Source of the DNA: Saccostrea cucullata
Taxonomy: Eukaryota
Assembly: GCF_032062105.1 (NCBI RefSeq)
Contig: NW_026938921.1
Coordinates: 558,001 to 622,000 of the forward strand
Direction of reading: 5' to 3'
DNA length: 64,000 nucleotides
Positions 61,819 through 64,000 of the stretch are shown here, piece by piece; positions within the stretch are counted from its first letter, which is position 1, and the number at the start of each line of letters is the position of its first letter. A program made the translations under genes and the position numbers. Under the pieces are notes generated by a model. It made no database searches, was not told the origin of the DNA, and saw nothing but the letters and a program-made list of their open reading frames with translations.

Positions 61819-62899
61819 ATGGACAATAACGAAACCAAACCTAGTACTCTCGTCCTCCAAAATGCCGTCGTACCATCATTAACCGGGCTTCTTATCGCCA
61901 TAATTAATTTATTAGCTATACTTATTCTTGCGCAGAGCAAACGGATGAATAAACAGATCAGACTAATGTCTATAAGTTTGGCAGTCACCGACCTAATGAC
62001 AGGCCTGGCTATTTTGATGGATGCTCTTCTGCCTACGATGTTGGAGGAAAGTGTTTGCCGGTTCTTGATGTATTTTTACTGTATTGGGGTGGTTGTTTCT
62101 TTTCTGACCATTACTGGGATGCTTGTCGATCGCTTTATTGCCTTGTATTATCCATTTGAATACCTTGTGTTACTAGGCAAAGAGAGAAGTGGCGGTATAA
62201 TTTTCGGAATTTGGTTTACGGGCCTTATACTTACTGTGGTGAACTTTCTTGGGGGATTCCAAGATTACAATCATCAAGAATTAGTCGTCTGTGCTTCATA
62301 CATCATCAGGGGTAAAACAGGTTTATTTATCGTCACCATCATTTTTTGTTCACTGTTGTCACTTAACGTTGTCCTGTATATACTAATGTTCATAAAAATG
62401 CACAAAATATCCAATGAAACGTCTGGTTTGGAATCTTTGGCCAGGGGAAAACAATTCAAATACCAAGCAAGGATTCTTATCAAGTTATCGGCAATTCTCG
62501 GAAGTTTCATGTTCCTTTATACCCCAACCATAATTATGAACATCATTGACCTCAACAACACGGATCCATCGAATAAGAAAACCATTTTGACGTGGCAGAG
62601 TTTTACAGGACTGTTGCTTCTTTTGAACTCTTTTATCAACCCCTTTCTATTCGTATGGAGATATACAGAATGTAGATATACATTTTTGTACTTTGTCTGC
62701 TACTGTAACAAGCAAAAGAGAGAGAAGTACGAGACGCTAAAGAAACGTTTCTTCGAACCTTATTTGGATGGCACAATAAGTAAATATATTTTTTATTTAT
62801 TTCCTTTTTTCAAAATTATTTCTTTTATTTGATTTTTCTTAACATGATACTGATATGAATTGATTTTATTTTAAAACAGAAGTCGAACAGCAACAGTAA
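61819..62899 (+). CDS. Orphan class A GPCR, paralogue 3; probably 2 coding exons (61819-62779, 62880-62899)
   Basis: About 85% identical to paralogue 1 (about 48 differences in 319 aa, manual count). GT-AG phase-1 intron at 62780-62879 in the homologous position; the ORF-track tail SKYIFYLFPFFKIISFI is intron read-through. Confidence 0.93.
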
Positions 62900-63731
62900 A
62901 TACCAGTCAGTTATAGGTGGATGAATCTGTTCTGTTAAGGACTGTGTAATACAATCTGAATGTCAGCGAAATGAATTAAATCAAGCGTCAACAACACCGA
63001 CACCGTTTCAAAGATTTACATTTTTTCTGCATGTTTCATAATTACATGTGTTTTATCGTCGGATTCCAAAAGTCATTTTTACACTTGATTTAGAATATTG
63101 CCTCATTTTGCTGAATACCTGATACTTATGTTCACTGATTATACAATTTAATATGTATGTTTTATGTCAGTTTTACCATGTTATAATTATGTTGCTGTAA
63201 TAAGTTTAAAAATTGATGTTCTGTAGTAAAACTGATAAAACATTGATTTATTGTAATGAAATATTTTGAAACTTAGATTTTCTACAGTAAAAACACTGTA
63301 AAGAGAAAAAACTTAAAATATTGCATTTGAGTTTTATAATGTGTAAAATTGAATTAAGTTACACAATAACCCTAACCAATCTCCCAAAAAGGCAAATAAA
63401 TGAATTATTAAAATACTTTAATACGTTGATAATCTATAGGGGATAATCTATAGAGTCTTTTGGTTGACTAGAGTCAAAACTTGAAACTTTGTTTTACTGG
63501 TGTGAAAAATTTGAGACTTTGATCTACTATTGTGCAAACTTAATAACCATATAAAAATAATGTAAAACTTCTTTTGTATTTAAAGAGTGTCATTTGATTG
63601 AAATCGTATTTCAAGACTCTAGATAACACGACACAGGAGCAAATCTTCTTATGAAAGCTTGGAGAGTGAATTGGTTTTAAAAAATGCATATATACTGCCT
63701 TAATCCGGAGTCTTCTCTAACAACTGATTTT

Positions 63732-64000
63732 GTCGCCTGACGCGTTGGTTCAAGTATATGCTCTAGAGTCGCAAAGTAAGGAGTTTATCCTGAAGTCGCG
63801 GGTTCGAATCCCACCGATGGATGCGGAGCCGATCAATTTGATGAGACCGTATAAATCGAGGTCCCGTAGGGGATATCAAATAAAAGAACCCCCACTGCTC
63901 CATGGCTTTAAGTGCCGAGCATAGGTATGAATCTTCAGAACCTCCAATGGAAAGTAGAGGCATCTCAATGTGAGCGAAACATTAACGATAGGAAGCAACA
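63732..64000 (+). mobile_element. V-SINE (second subfamily), runs to the window end
   Basis: GGGTTCGAATCCC B box; GATGAGACCGTATAAATCGAGGTCCCG V-domain; GTGAGCGAAA tail. Confidence 0.8.

Noticed and set aside
61809-61821. Splice acceptor directly before the GPCR3 ATG (TTTTCAAG|ATG)
   Set aside because: The aligned GPCR1 position is TTTCCAAA|ATG (no AG) and the upstream sequence aligns as contiguous UTR.
62780-62832. Hydrophobic eighth TM / tail SKYIFYLFPFFKIISFI on GPCR3
   Set aside because: T-rich intron read-through; the intron position is conserved in GPCR1.

Overview
AT-rich eukaryotic scaffold with two N gaps (3485-3635, 32413-32555). It is almost certainly from a bivalve and most likely an oyster (Ostreidae), inferred from Helentron-associated (HINE/pearl-like) elements with Cg170-type satellite cores and V-domain SINEs. 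There is no prokaryotic system here. Host genes are three paralogous orphan class A (rhodopsin-like) GPCRs (5.1-6.2 kb minus; 49.6-50.6 kb plus; 61.8-62.9 kb plus) and one large-exon atypical C2H2 zinc-finger gene (27.6-29.3 kb plus). Two of the GPCRs appear to have a short last exon that the ORF track misses. The zinc-finger protein carries a ZNF451-like SIM/PxRP-type motif next to a DSGxxS degron. The rest is dense nested transposon DNA: a hAT shell carrying a FLYWCH-MULE transposase pseudogene, Kolobok-, Tc1- and foldback-type MITEs, HINEs, V-SINEs, decayed LINE and Penelope fragments, and a solo LTR. There is also a recent 5.4-kb tandem duplication and an older, diverged one. Almost all short ORFs in the track are spurious. 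Family assignments and identities come from manual reading and recalled consensus motifs, not database searches.
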